DNA of 62,607 nucleotides, filler included. It is 4 parts of 4 records of this genome, joined end to end, with 100 filler letters (N's around TTAATTAATTAA, not from the genome) between each part and the next. Parts side by side here need not be neighbours in the genome. Positions count along the whole stretch, not along the records: positions 1 to 14,075 come from SRR31156797_1839; 3 more parts are not named here. The stretch is one strand, 5' to 3'. Shown one piece after another: positions 1 through 9,479 of this stretch. The notes below the pieces were generated by a model, which saw only the letters and a program-made list of their open reading frames with translations, did not search any database and had not been told where the DNA came from. A program made the translations under genes and the position numbers. Position 1 is the first letter of the stretch; each line of letters opens with the position of its first letter.

Positions 1-456
1 AATTTTCTCAACTGCTTTAATTCCGCAATCTAATGCAATAACAAGAGATACATTGTCTTCTGCAAAATGATCGATTCCTTTATATGAGATGCCATAACCT
101 TCTTCGTATCGGTTAGGTATATAAAAGTTGATGTGTTTAAAATAAGGCTTTAGGAAAGAGTAAACCAAGGATACAGAAGTTGTTCCGTCAACATCATAAT
201 CGCCATAAACCATTATTTTTTCATCCTTCTCAATCGCTTTTTCCAATCGGTCAATTGCCCGATCCATATCTTTCATTAGAAATGGATCGTAAAAATGATC
301 GTAAGATGGTCGGAAAAAAGTTTTAGCCTGGTCAAAAGTTTCAATGCCTCGCTGAATTAATAAATTGGATAGAAACCTGTCAATATTAAGGGCATGCGAC
401 AGGTGCTCGACCTTTTCTTCGTCAGCAGATTCTTTTATGTTCCATCTTTTCTCCAT
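1..456 (-). CDS. recJ: single-stranded-DNA exonuclease RecJ, runs off window start
   Basis: Not in ORF track. Manual translation from CAT at 454-456 gives MEKRWNIKE...LLIQRGIETFDQAKTFFRP...DPFLMKDMDRAIDRL...IMVYGDYDVDGTTS, the DHH/RecJ motif I. Confidence 0.93.
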   Translation of the reverse strand, partial: MEKRWNIKESADEEKVEHLSHALNIDRFLSNLLIQRGIETFDQAKTFFRPSYDHFYDPFLMKDMDRAIDRLEKAIEKDEKIMVYGDYDVDGTTSVSLVYSFLKPYFKHINFYIPNRYEEGYGISYKGIDHFAEDNVSLVIALDCGIKAVEKI

Positions 457-605
457 AAATTGTATGAGGCCAAATTTTGAAAGGCTAAATTTCCCAAAAA
501 AAATGGATAATCAAAACAGCCAATACGCTATTTGACCCATTTGATGCGGGATGTCTCATGTGTAATGTGTCTGAATCGTTGTTGAATCAGGTTCTTAGCT
601 CAATT

Positions 606-1310
606 CTATGCTTGAATATTTAATTGAAATACTTTTTCTAAATGTGTTAGTAAATTCCTTTTGACAGCTTCAAAATCTTGTTTTTCGCCTAGTTCTTTCT
701 CAATGGAGGTAACTCCTTTATCAATAAATCCACAAGGATTAATATGATTAAAATAACTAAGATCGGTATTTACATTCAGAGCAAATCCATGCATGCTGAC
801 ATATCGGCTGGCTTTAACACCGATAGCACAAATTTTTCTTGCTTTGGATGGGTCGTCTTTGTCAATCCAAACACCAGTTGCTCCATCCATTCGGTCTCCA
901 TTAATGCCATAATCGGCAATGCAATTGATAATGGCTTCCTCTAATTGATGGATATAAGATTTTACAGTTAAGCTCATTTCTTCCAAATCAAATATCGGAT
1001 AACCAACAATTTGACCTGGCCCATGATAGGTAATGTCGCCACCTCTGTTGCTTTTATAATAGGTGGCATTGATTTGTTTTAAGAAATCATCGTTGATTAA
1101 CAAGTTGTTTACAGCGCCGCTTTTACCTAAAGTATAAACATGCGGATGTTCGCAGAAAAGTAATTTATGCGTGATTTCTTTTGAACTATTGGAGTTTTCG
1201 CGATTATACAATTTTGCATCTATGATTGACGAAAAATTTTCTTCCTGATAATCCCATGCTTTTTTATATTCGATTAATCCTAAATCTTCAAATACAGTGT
1301 TAGTGTTCAT
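606..1310 (-). CDS. lipB: lipoyl(octanoyl) transferase
   Basis: EHPHVYTLG, RGGDITYHGPGQ, KICAIG and HGFALNVN motifs; adjacent to lipA. Confidence 0.96.
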   Translation of the reverse strand: MNTNTVFEDLGLIEYKKAWDYQEENFSSIIDAKLYNRENSNSSKEITHKLLFCEHPHVYTLGKSGAVNNLLINDDFLKQINATYYKSNRGGDITYHGPGQIVGYPIFDLEEMSLTVKSYIHQLEEAIINCIADYGINGDRMDGATGVWIDKDDPSKARKICAIGVKASRYVSMHGFALNVNTDLSYFNHINPCGFIDKGVTSIEKELGEKQDFEAVKRNLLTHLEKVFQLNIQA

Positions 1311-1328
1311 GATTTTTCTTTTTCTGAA

Positions 1329-2222
1329 TTAATCTTTTAATGCGTTAATATGTTTTTCTGCATGGTATGAAGAGCGAACCATTGGGCCACTTTCCACATA
1401 TTTAAAACCAATTTCCAATCCTATTTTTTTGTATTTTTCAAATTGCTCAGGCGTTACATATTCTTCAACAGGAAGGTGTTCTTTTGAAGGTTGTAAATAC
1501 TGACCAATGGTAAATACTTTTACACCAGAATTGTAAGCATCTTTCATTGTTTGAATTACTTCCTCTTCTTTTTCTCCAATGCCAACCATTATTCCTGTTT
1601 TGGCAACCACGCCAGCATCAGCAATATATTTTAAAACATCTAAACTTAAATCATATTTGGCCCGGCTTCTAATAATTGGCGTTATTCTGCGAACTGTTTC
1701 CAGGTTATGTGAAATAACTTCGGGCTTCGCATCTATTACTTGTTGGATTAGATGTCTTAAGCCATTAAAATCCGGAATTAATACTTCCTGAGTTGTATTT
1801 GGATTAAGTTCCTTTACTTTTAAAATAGTTTGATGCCAGATGTCGGCACCTCCATCTTCCAAATCATCTCTGTCTACAGAAGTAATAACAGCATGCTTCA
1901 ATTTCATGATTTTAATAGATCGGGCTATACGTAATGGCTCCTTTGTGTCGACGGCCAAAGGTTTTCCTGTTTTTACGTTACAGAATTTACATGATCTCGT
2001 ACAGATATCACCTAAAATCATAAAGGTAGCGGTTCCAGCACCCCAGCATTCTGCTGCATTAGGACATTTTCCACTGGTGCAAATAGTATGAAGCTTGTGA
2101 TCTCGAATGGTTTGGTGCATCCACTTATAGTCGGCAGTATTGGGTAGTTGTATTTTTAACCAGTCAGGTTTTTTTGTTCTTACTTGCATAATCTCCTTCG
2201 TTTCATTTAATTGAATATTCAT
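1329..2222 (-). CDS. lipA: lipoyl synthase (alternative start at 2189)
   Basis: KPDWLK, CTSGKCPNAAEC, CTRSCKFC radical SAM motif, RSSYHA. Confidence 0.97.
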   Translation of the reverse strand: MNIQLNETKEIMQVRTKKPDWLKIQLPNTADYKWMHQTIRDHKLHTICTSGKCPNAAECWGAGTATFMILGDICTRSCKFCNVKTGKPLAVDTKEPLRIARSIKIMKLKHAVITSVDRDDLEDGGADIWHQTILKVKELNPNTTQEVLIPDFNGLRHLIQQVIDAKPEVISHNLETVRRITPIIRSRAKYDLSLDVLKYIADAGVVAKTGIMVGIGEKEEEVIQTMKDAYNSGVKVFTIGQYLQPSKEHLPVEEYVTPEQFEKYKKIGLEIGFKYVESGPMVRSSYHAEKHINALKD

Positions 2223-2415
2223 CCCACTCAGTTGTGATGAACATTTAACCTTTCAAAGTATAGCTGCAATAGTAATTAATTCAATCCTATTAACCTATGA
2301 AATTTGTAAGGTTTAAACCTCTTGTTCATCACTTAATGAATACCTAAACATTAAAAAATAAGTTAAAGTTCACTACCTATGTACTTTTGTGCCTTCGATT
2401 TTTAAGCTTAATGAT

Positions 2416-2423
2416 TATCTTTG
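2416..2423 (+). promoter_or_regulatory. Bacteroidota -7 promoter element upstream of lysS
   Basis: TATCTTTG matches the TAnnTTTG consensus; a second match, TACTTTTG, lies at 2382-2389. Confidence 0.55.
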
Positions 2424-2541
2424 CATCGATTTTTCTTTAAAATTTTCAGAAAAACATAAAAGCTATCTCATTGATTATGTGTTTTTGATATGCATTTTAT
2501 TGGTGGGAATCATTAAATATTTTAATTGATAATAATTTGGT

Positions 2542-4269
2542 ATGAGCGCCGTTGAACTAAGCGAACAGGAATTAATCAGACGTAATAGTCTGGAAGAATT
2601 AAACAAATTAGGCATTAATGCTTTCCCTGCCGAGGAATTTGAAATCTCTCATTATTCTGAGGACATCAAAAAGTTATTTGAGGAAGACGAAAACAATGAG
2701 GAGTTGAAGGAAATAACTATGGCTGGAAGAATTATGAGCCGTAGAATTATGGGTAATGCTTCGTTTGCTGAAATTAAGGATCAACAGGGGCGTATCCAGG
2801 TTTATTTTCGTCGCGATGATATTTGTGAGGGAGATGATAAAACCATGTATAACACCGTATTTAAGAAATTACTTGATATAGGTGATATTATAGGAATTAA
2901 AGGTTATGTTTTTAAAACTCAAATGGGTGAAATATCTGTTTATGTAAAAGAGTTTAAAGTACTAACTAAATCTTTAAAACCACTTCCAATTGTTAAAGAG
3001 AAGGATGGTAAAACATATGATGCGTTTACTGATCCTGAGCAACGCTACCGTCAGCGTTATGTTGATTTAATTGTAAATGATCAGGTAAAAGATACTTTTT
3101 TAAAGCGTACCAAGATTATTAATACTATGCGTAACTTTTTTAATGAAAAAGGTTACCTGGAAGTAGAAACACCAATTTTACAATCTATACCTGGGGGAGC
3201 TGCAGCTCGTCCGTTTATTACACATCATAATGCCTTAAATATTCCATTATATTTAAGAATCGCAAACGAGCTTTATTTAAAAAGATTAATTGTTGGTGGT
3301 TTTGATGGAGTTTACGAGTTCGCCAAGGATTTCCGTAACGAAGGAATGGATAGAACACATAATCCTGAGTTTACCGTAATGGAAATTTATGTAGCCTATA
3401 AAGACTACAAATGGATGATGAACTTTACCGAAGAGATGATTGAAAAAGTGGCATTGGCGCTTCATGGAACGACTAAAGTCCAGGTTGGTGAAAATGAAAT
3501 AGACTTCAAACGTCCGTTCAAGAGAATTTCGATGATTGATTCGATCAAAGAATTTACAGGATTTGATATCTCTGGAATGCAAGAGGAAGAATTGTTTAAG
3601 GTTTGTGAAGAGCTTGGGGTTGAGACTGATCCTTCAATGGGTAAAGGAAAATTAATAGATGAGATTTTTGGTGAAAAATGTGAAGGGAATTATATTCAGC
3701 CAACTTTTATTACCGATTATCCTGTTGAAATGTCTCCGCTTTGTAAAAAACATAGAGAGAATCCTGAATTAACAGAGCGTTTTGAGTTAATGGTAAACGG
3801 TAAGGAATTAGCTAACGCTTATTCAGAGTTAAATGATCCTATTGATCAGCTAGGCCGTTTTCAGGATCAGTTAAAATTATCTGAAAAGGGAGACGATGAG
3901 GCTATGTTTATCGATATGGATTTTGTTCGTTCTCTTGAATATGGTATGCCTCCAACATCAGGAATGGGAATTGGTGTGGATCGTTTAGCTATGTTGATGA
4001 CCAACCAGCAATCAATCCAGGAAGTTCTTTTCTTCCCGCAAATGAAGCCGGAGAAAAAAGTAGAAGCAGATGGTGTGGAAAAGTTCATGGAGCTGGGAAT
4101 GGCACAAGAATGGGCTGAAGTAATTATAAAATTAGGTTATAAAAAAGTGGATGCCCTAAAAGAGGTGAAGCCGACGAAAGTACACCAGGAAGTGTGCGGA
4201 TATAATAAAAAGAACAAATTAGGATATAAAAATCCGTCACAAGACGAAGTTAAGGCTTGGTTAGCCTAA
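2542..4269 (+). CDS. lysS: lysine--tRNA ligase (class II) with Bacteroidales-type C-terminal extension
   Basis: [56 protein letters not shown]. Confidence 0.98.
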   Translation: MSAVELSEQELIRRNSLEELNKLGINAFPAEEFEISHYSEDIKKLFEEDENNEELKEITMAGRIMSRRIMGNASFAEIKDQQGRIQVYFRRDDICEGDDKTMYNTVFKKLLDIGDIIGIKGYVFKTQMGEISVYVKEFKVLTKSLKPLPIVKEKDGKTYDAFTDPEQRYRQRYVDLIVNDQVKDTFLKRTKIINTMRNFFNEKGYLEVETPILQSIPGGAAARPFITHHNALNIPLYLRIANELYLKRLIVGGFDGVYEFAKDFRNEGMDRTHNPEFTVMEIYVAYKDYKWMMNFTEEMIEKVALALHGTTKVQVGENEIDFKRPFKRISMIDSIKEFTGFDISGMQEEELFKVCEELGVETDPSMGKGKLIDEIFGEKCEGNYIQPTFITDYPVEMSPLCKKHRENPELTERFELMVNGKELANAYSELNDPIDQLGRFQDQLKLSEKGDDEAMFIDMDFVRSLEYGMPPTSGMGIGVDRLAMLMTNQQSIQEVLFFPQMKPEKKVEADGVEKFMELGMAQEWAEVIIKLGYKKVDALKEVKPTKVHQEVCGYNKKNKLGYKNPSQDEVKAWLA

Positions 4270-4304
4270 GAGAAAATCTTAAGGTTAATAGATAAACACT
4301 ATAT

Positions 4305-5300
4305 ATGGACGAATCATCAAGAGTAGGAATAATAGGGAGTGGTAGTTGGGCAACAGCTATTGCAAAAATGCTGATGAACAATGTGTCGGATTTGAATTGG
4401 TATTTTCGAAATCCTAAGCATATCAAAAAGTTCAGAAAGCATGGACACAATCCTAATTATCTTACAAGTGTTGATTTTGAAACTGACAAAATTCACTTTT
4501 ATTCTGATATCAACCATATTGCAGAAGAAAGTGATGTGTTAATATTAGCCATACCATCAGCCTTTTTAAAAGATGCCTTAAGTGATTTATCAGTTTCTTT
4601 AAAAGATAAATTCATGGTATCAGCCGTAAAAGGTTTGGTGTCTGAAGAGAATATGATTGTGGGAACATTTTTAAATACTTTTTATGATGTTCCCCTCGAT
4701 AATATTGGCGTTATCTCCGGGCCTTGTCATGCAGAGGAGGTGGCCTTGGAGCGATTATCATACTTGACTATTGCCTGTCAGGATGTTAAGAAAGGGCGTA
4801 CTTTTGCATCATATGTGGACTGCGGATATATTAAAACCACTATTTCAGATGATATTTATGGTACTGAGTTTTCTGCGGTATTAAAAAATATCATGGCAAT
4901 TGCCTCCGGAATTTGTCATGGTATGGGATATGGCGATAATTTTCAGGCTGTTTTAATGTCAAATGGTATTCAGGAAATAAAGCGCTTTGTAGATACTGTT
5001 CATCCGATTACTCGAGATATTAAGAGTTCTGCATATCTTGGAGACCTGCTGGTAACCGGTTATTCACAGTTTAGCCGTAACCGTACATTCGGAACAATGA
5101 TTGGTAAAGGATACTCAGTTAAATCTGCGCAAATGGAAATGTTGATGATTGCAGAGGGATATTATGCAGTTAAGAGTATCAAAGAAATAAATGAAAAGTA
5201 TAAAGTAAATATGCCAATTACGGATGCAGTTTACAATATCATTTATGAGCGAATTTCGCCATCCATTGAAATTCGCCTGCTGACCGAAAATCTTCGATAA
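4305..5300 (+). CDS. gpsA: NAD(P)H-dependent glycerol-3-phosphate dehydrogenase
   Basis: GSGSWATA, SGPCHAEEV, LKNIMAIA, GDLLVT, SRNRTFG. Confidence 0.95.
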   Translation: MDESSRVGIIGSGSWATAIAKMLMNNVSDLNWYFRNPKHIKKFRKHGHNPNYLTSVDFETDKIHFYSDINHIAEESDVLILAIPSAFLKDALSDLSVSLKDKFMVSAVKGLVSEENMIVGTFLNTFYDVPLDNIGVISGPCHAEEVALERLSYLTIACQDVKKGRTFASYVDCGYIKTTISDDIYGTEFSAVLKNIMAIASGICHGMGYGDNFQAVLMSNGIQEIKRFVDTVHPITRDIKSSAYLGDLLVTGYSQFSRNRTFGTMIGKGYSVKSAQMEMLMIAEGYYAVKSIKEINEKYKVNMPITDAVYNIIYERISPSIEIRLLTENLR

Positions 5301-5333
5301 ATAACTAGTCCTTATTCATAAAATCAATTTCAC

Positions 5334-6671
5334 ATGGAAAACTTAAAAATTGATATCTCAAAAACTTTAGATTTTGTTGCTGAAGATAAAGTAATGGGGT
5401 ATAAAGCAGAAATTGCTGCAAACCTGAAAGCTCTATATGAGAAAACAGGAAAAGGAAACGACTTTTTAGGTTGGGTTAATTTACCATCAAGTATTGATGA
5501 TGCTCAACTTTCTGATATCGAAGCTACAGCTGCCAGCTTAAAAGAAAAGGCTGAAGTTGTTGTTGTAATAGGTATTGGCGGAAGTTACCTTGGTGCAAGA
5601 GCGGTTATTGATGCTTTATCTAATAGTTTTGATCACTTATTGACAGACCGAAAGAATCCAGTTGTGGTTTACGCGGGTCAGAATATTGGTGAAGACTACA
5701 CAGCTGAGTTACTAGACTTGTTGAAAGATAAATCCTTTGCTTTAGTTGTTATTTCAAAATCAGGAACAACAACAGAGCCTGCTATTGCATTCCGTTTATT
5801 AAAAGAACTTCTTGAAAGTAAATATTCAAAAGAAGAGGCTAAAGATCGTATTGTTGCGATTACTGATGCTAAAAAAGGAGCATTAAGAACTTTAGCTGAT
5901 CAGGAGGGATATAAAACTTACGTTATACCTGACGATGTTGGTGGACGTTTTTCAGTTTTAACACCGGTTGGCTTATTGCCAATTGCTGTGGCTGGTGTTG
6001 ATATTCGTGCTTTGGTTAAAGGAGCGCAGGATATGGAAAAAACTACAGCTGATGAAGCTGAAAATAGTGCAGCTGCTACTTATGCTGCCGTTCGTAATGA
6101 ATTGTACCGTAATGGTAAGGGAACCGAAATCTTAGTGAACTATCAGCCTAAATTACACTTTGTTGCTGAGTGGTGGAAGCAGCTTTACGGTGAAAGTGAA
6201 GGTAAGGATGGAAAAGGAATTTTCCCTGCTGCGTGTGATTTCTCTACTGATCTTCACTCAATGGGGCAGTGGATTCAGGAAGGAGTTCGTAATATTTTTG
6301 AAACTATTATTACCATAACTAATGCAAATAGAACTGTTAAGATTCCAAACGCAGATGCTGATCTTGACGGATTAAACTATTTAGCTGGTAAAAGAGTTGA
6401 CTACGTAAATAAAATGGCTGAACTAGGAACTTTATTGGCGCATGTTGATGGAGGAGTGCCTAATATTAAAGTAGAAATTCCTGAGCTTAATGCTTATTAT
6501 TTAGGTCAGTTATTATATTTCTTTGAAATCGCTTGTGGTATCAGTGGATATCTTCTTGAAGTAAATCCATTTGATCAACCAGGAGTAGAGGCTTACAAGA
6601 AAAATATGTTTGCGTTACTGGAAAAGCCTGGATTTGAGGCAGAAACTGCAGCGATTAAAGCCAAGTTGTAA
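5334..6671 (+). CDS. pgi: glucose-6-phosphate isomerase
   Basis: [42 protein letters not shown]. Confidence 0.97.
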   Translation: MENLKIDISKTLDFVAEDKVMGYKAEIAANLKALYEKTGKGNDFLGWVNLPSSIDDAQLSDIEATAASLKEKAEVVVVIGIGGSYLGARAVIDALSNSFDHLLTDRKNPVVVYAGQNIGEDYTAELLDLLKDKSFALVVISKSGTTTEPAIAFRLLKELLESKYSKEEAKDRIVAITDAKKGALRTLADQEGYKTYVIPDDVGGRFSVLTPVGLLPIAVAGVDIRALVKGAQDMEKTTADEAENSAAATYAAVRNELYRNGKGTEILVNYQPKLHFVAEWWKQLYGESEGKDGKGIFPAACDFSTDLHSMGQWIQEGVRNIFETIITITNANRTVKIPNADADLDGLNYLAGKRVDYVNKMAELGTLLAHVDGGVPNIKVEIPELNAYYLGQLLYFFEIACGISGYLLEVNPFDQPGVEAYKKNMFALLEKPGFEAETAAIKAKL

Positions 6672-6693
6672 GAGATAAAATTATATAAGTATG

Positions 6694-6722
6694 AAACCCG
6701 GGGAATATTCTCCGGGTTTTTT
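6694..6722 (+). terminator. intrinsic terminator after pgi, likely bidirectional
   Basis: AAACCCGGGGAA-ta-TTCTCCGGGTTT hairpin followed by a T run, between convergent genes. Confidence 0.75.
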
Positions 6723-7371
6723 ATGTTTGAGATTCTAATATTTTGGTTTGAGGAATACTTGTATTTAGATAGAACAGGTTTTTGGTATAAAATTTAAAGC
6801 CTAATTTCTGGAAAAATGCAAATAGCTTTAGTTTAGCTGTTTCTTCGTCAAAATCGCCATCATCGTATCGCATAGATTGTGTAAAATCATCTAGTTTACC
6901 TCCGGCTTTCCATTTTTTTCGTGCGGTAATAAGTTGAAATGGAATAACCTCAATGGTGATTATCGAGAATAGATTCTGAAAACGACAATAAAAATCCTGA
7001 AGAACCATAGCTCCTAATTTTTTGCCTCTAAAACCTGGTAACAGATCCAGTTCCTTAATAATACAAATATTTCCGGGCTTTATTTCTTCATCTAACTTGT
7101 TAGTAAAATCTCCGGTTTCCAGATTGATGAAATGTTCGCAATTGCCAATTAACTCCTCTTGGGTTTCAAGTGTTTTTAGAAGGTCATTTCCTGTTTGTTG
7201 TATTTGACTTAGTAAAATGACAGAGAATTTAAACTGACCAACTTTCATATTTATACCGGAATCTTTATCTACAAAAACCTCAGCTTCGAAGTTGTTAATG
7301 AATTTGCAGTCTGAATCATCTTCTAAGGTGGACTTTAATTTATATGTTATAGAATAGTCAAAAGTACTCAT
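6721..7371 (-). CDS. hypothetical protein, GNAT-like
   Basis: 216-aa ORF; LDLLPGFRGKKLG resembles acetyl-CoA binding motif A; FFQKLGF resembles the GNAT C-terminal motif. Confidence 0.55.
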   Translation of the reverse strand: MSTFDYSITYKLKSTLEDDSDCKFINNFEAEVFVDKDSGINMKVGQFKFSVILLSQIQQTGNDLLKTLETQEELIGNCEHFINLETGDFTNKLDEEIKPGNICIIKELDLLPGFRGKKLGAMVLQDFYCRFQNLFSIITIEVIPFQLITARKKWKAGGKLDDFTQSMRYDDGDFDEETAKLKLFAFFQKLGFKFYTKNLFYLNTSIPQTKILESQT

Positions 7372-7487
7372 GTATAAAATATTTAGTTACAATGTATAAA
7401 TAATGCCGGTATTTCCAACGGTTCTATGTTAACGAATTTTAAATGTAAATAGTGAAATGGGTGAAAGTCGTTGATTTATAAAAGCAT

Positions 7488-7519
7488 AAAAAAGGCTGAA
7501 TCTATTTTGACTCAGCCTT
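7488..7519 (-). terminator. intrinsic terminator
   Basis: AAGGCTGA...TCAGCCTT stem with an A run on the + strand, just after the stop of the 7531-9291 gene. Confidence 0.65.
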
Positions 7520-7530
7520 GAATGCGGTGT

Positions 7531-9291
7531 TTATTTTTTTGCAACTTTAAATGTAACTTCTTTGCTCGTTTGATTCCCTAAATTATCACTAGTATCTATG
7601 GTTACCGTATAAGTTTTTTCTTGTTTAAACATTTGGACATCGGCAGGAGAGCCAGAGATGGCATAGTTCTTTTTGCTTCCTCCATCTATAGCATACCAAA
7701 TTGAGTTGGTTCCGCATTGAATGTCTGTAGCGCCAATATACATTTTTACAAAAGGAGGATAAATATTAACTTCTTTTCCATCAATAATTTCTTTTCTAAT
7801 TGGTTTGATAGAAAAATTCACAAATATTTCGGGTCCTACATTATCAATAACCACTTCGCTTTCTTTTGTAATTTCCAGGTTGTTTACATTATCACTTGAT
7901 GAAAAAGATATTTTATGCCAACCGTCTTCTTTAATGTTAAAAGAATTTCCAATTGATTTTTCTTTATTATCTATAGCATACGTTGTTTGTTGAACACCTG
8001 ATGCATTATCTTCGGTGATTAAGATTATTTCTGTTTTACTATTGATAAACATTGTGTCTCTATTGAATAACTGTGGGCCTTTAAAGTCAATACCTGTGTT
8101 TGGGGCTTCATTGTCTAAATAGACAGATAATGTCTCAATGGTAGATTTATTTGAAACCATATCAAACGTTCTATAAAATAATGTTTGGACTCCTTTTTGG
8201 TTGTTGAAGTTGAATGGCTTATCGTAGGTTTTATCAAGCGTTTTGTTATTGTAACTATATGCAATTTTACTGATGCCAAGTTGATCGTCTTCTCCAATTA
8301 GTTTGCATTTACTTCTTTCCGAAACATAAAGGTATTTACCAATATATTGATCCCCTTCTATCAATGCTGAGGCACTTGGAGCTACATGGTCTACTATAAA
8401 TGCGTAGACATTAATGTCATTGTTTGTTCCGTGATCTTTGTCTGTAATATTACCTACATTATCTTCAACCCAAAATTTAAATTCATGTTCTCCAGTGGCA
8501 ATGTAGCTTAATGGAATTTTGCTTGAATAAATTTTAACTGGTTTGTCATCGATTTGATATTTAATGTTTTTTATTCCTGAAATTTTATCTTCAGCTAATA
8601 GTTCGATGAAGGATCTCCCTGAAGCTGTTTTTCCTGATATTTCACCATCTAGTTTCCAATTCGCAATTGGAGGTGTTTTGTCTATGGTAAATTTATCAGT
8701 ACTAACGTTTTCAATATTTCCAACATGGTCAATGCTGTAATAGTGTAGTGTATATTCTTTTTCTTCTGTAAAGCTTAAACTGTCTTTATATGGTAGGTAT
8801 GGTTGCCCATCAATGCTATAATAAATAGATTCAACTCCTGAAGTTTGGTCTTTTGCAGATAAAGTGACTTTTAATCCTTTGCCATAATAACGTATATTAT
8901 TTTTTAAAAAGGTTGGTGAGTTAAAGTAGCTGCTATGTGTTGCGGGTGCAATGCCGTCTGCGTATACTTCAAATACAACATCTGCAATGGGATATACTAG
9001 CTGTTTTGTTTCAGGATCCACTTGTGAGGGAGTTCTTATGGTATTCATACCTTCGGTATCAAAATAAAAAGGATTGCTATATTTTTTGGATTCTTCGCTT
9101 TCTAATTTTTTTGCAGTATTTATATTGCTTGGATCGGTACCTAAAAATAAATACATAGGTTCGTTTTTGTTAATGTATAGTTTCCCATCTTCACTTTTAT
9201 ACATTTTCGGTGTATGCTGTAATTGTTCCTGACTTTTTGTTTGAATTACGGGAAGAGTTAGCAGTACTAGGGCGTAAATAATTTTTTTCAT
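7531..9291 (-). CDS. secreted protein with repeated Ig-like (OmpL47-type) beta-sandwich units
   Basis: Signal peptide MKKIIYALVLLTLP; about five repeats of D-x-x-S-G-[VI]-x-x-[IT]-x-Y-x-I-D ... D-x-V-G-N ... D-x-x-[AP]-P. Confidence 0.7.
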   Translation of the reverse strand: MKKIIYALVLLTLPVIQTKSQEQLQHTPKMYKSEDGKLYINKNEPMYLFLGTDPSNINTAKKLESEESKKYSNPFYFDTEGMNTIRTPSQVDPETKQLVYPIADVVFEVYADGIAPATHSSYFNSPTFLKNNIRYYGKGLKVTLSAKDQTSGVESIYYSIDGQPYLPYKDSLSFTEEKEYTLHYYSIDHVGNIENVSTDKFTIDKTPPIANWKLDGEISGKTASGRSFIELLAEDKISGIKNIKYQIDDKPVKIYSSKIPLSYIATGEHEFKFWVEDNVGNITDKDHGTNNDINVYAFIVDHVAPSASALIEGDQYIGKYLYVSERSKCKLIGEDDQLGISKIAYSYNNKTLDKTYDKPFNFNNQKGVQTLFYRTFDMVSNKSTIETLSVYLDNEAPNTGIDFKGPQLFNRDTMFINSKTEIILITEDNASGVQQTTYAIDNKEKSIGNSFNIKEDGWHKISFSSSDNVNNLEITKESEVVIDNVGPEIFVNFSIKPIRKEIIDGKEVNIYPPFVKMYIGATDIQCGTNSIWYAIDGGSKKNYAISGSPADVQMFKQEKTYTVTIDTSDNLGNQTSKEVTFKVAKK

Positions 9292-9479
9292 GGACGTGTT
9301 TTTTAAGTTATACTAGTAGATACGTTCCTGAAAAATATGAGGTTACTGCTTTGGTCACTAAAAACAAGTTGTTTACTTAAAACTAATATTTGAACGATAA
9401 AGTCGAAAAATATTTGTTTTAAAATCTTTTGTCAGTATTAATAAGAATAGATTGTATCTTTATTTCAAATTTTAAATAT

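Noticed and set aside
4050-4269. C-terminal extension on LysRS
   Set aside because: A familiar feature of Bacteroidales LysRS, not novel
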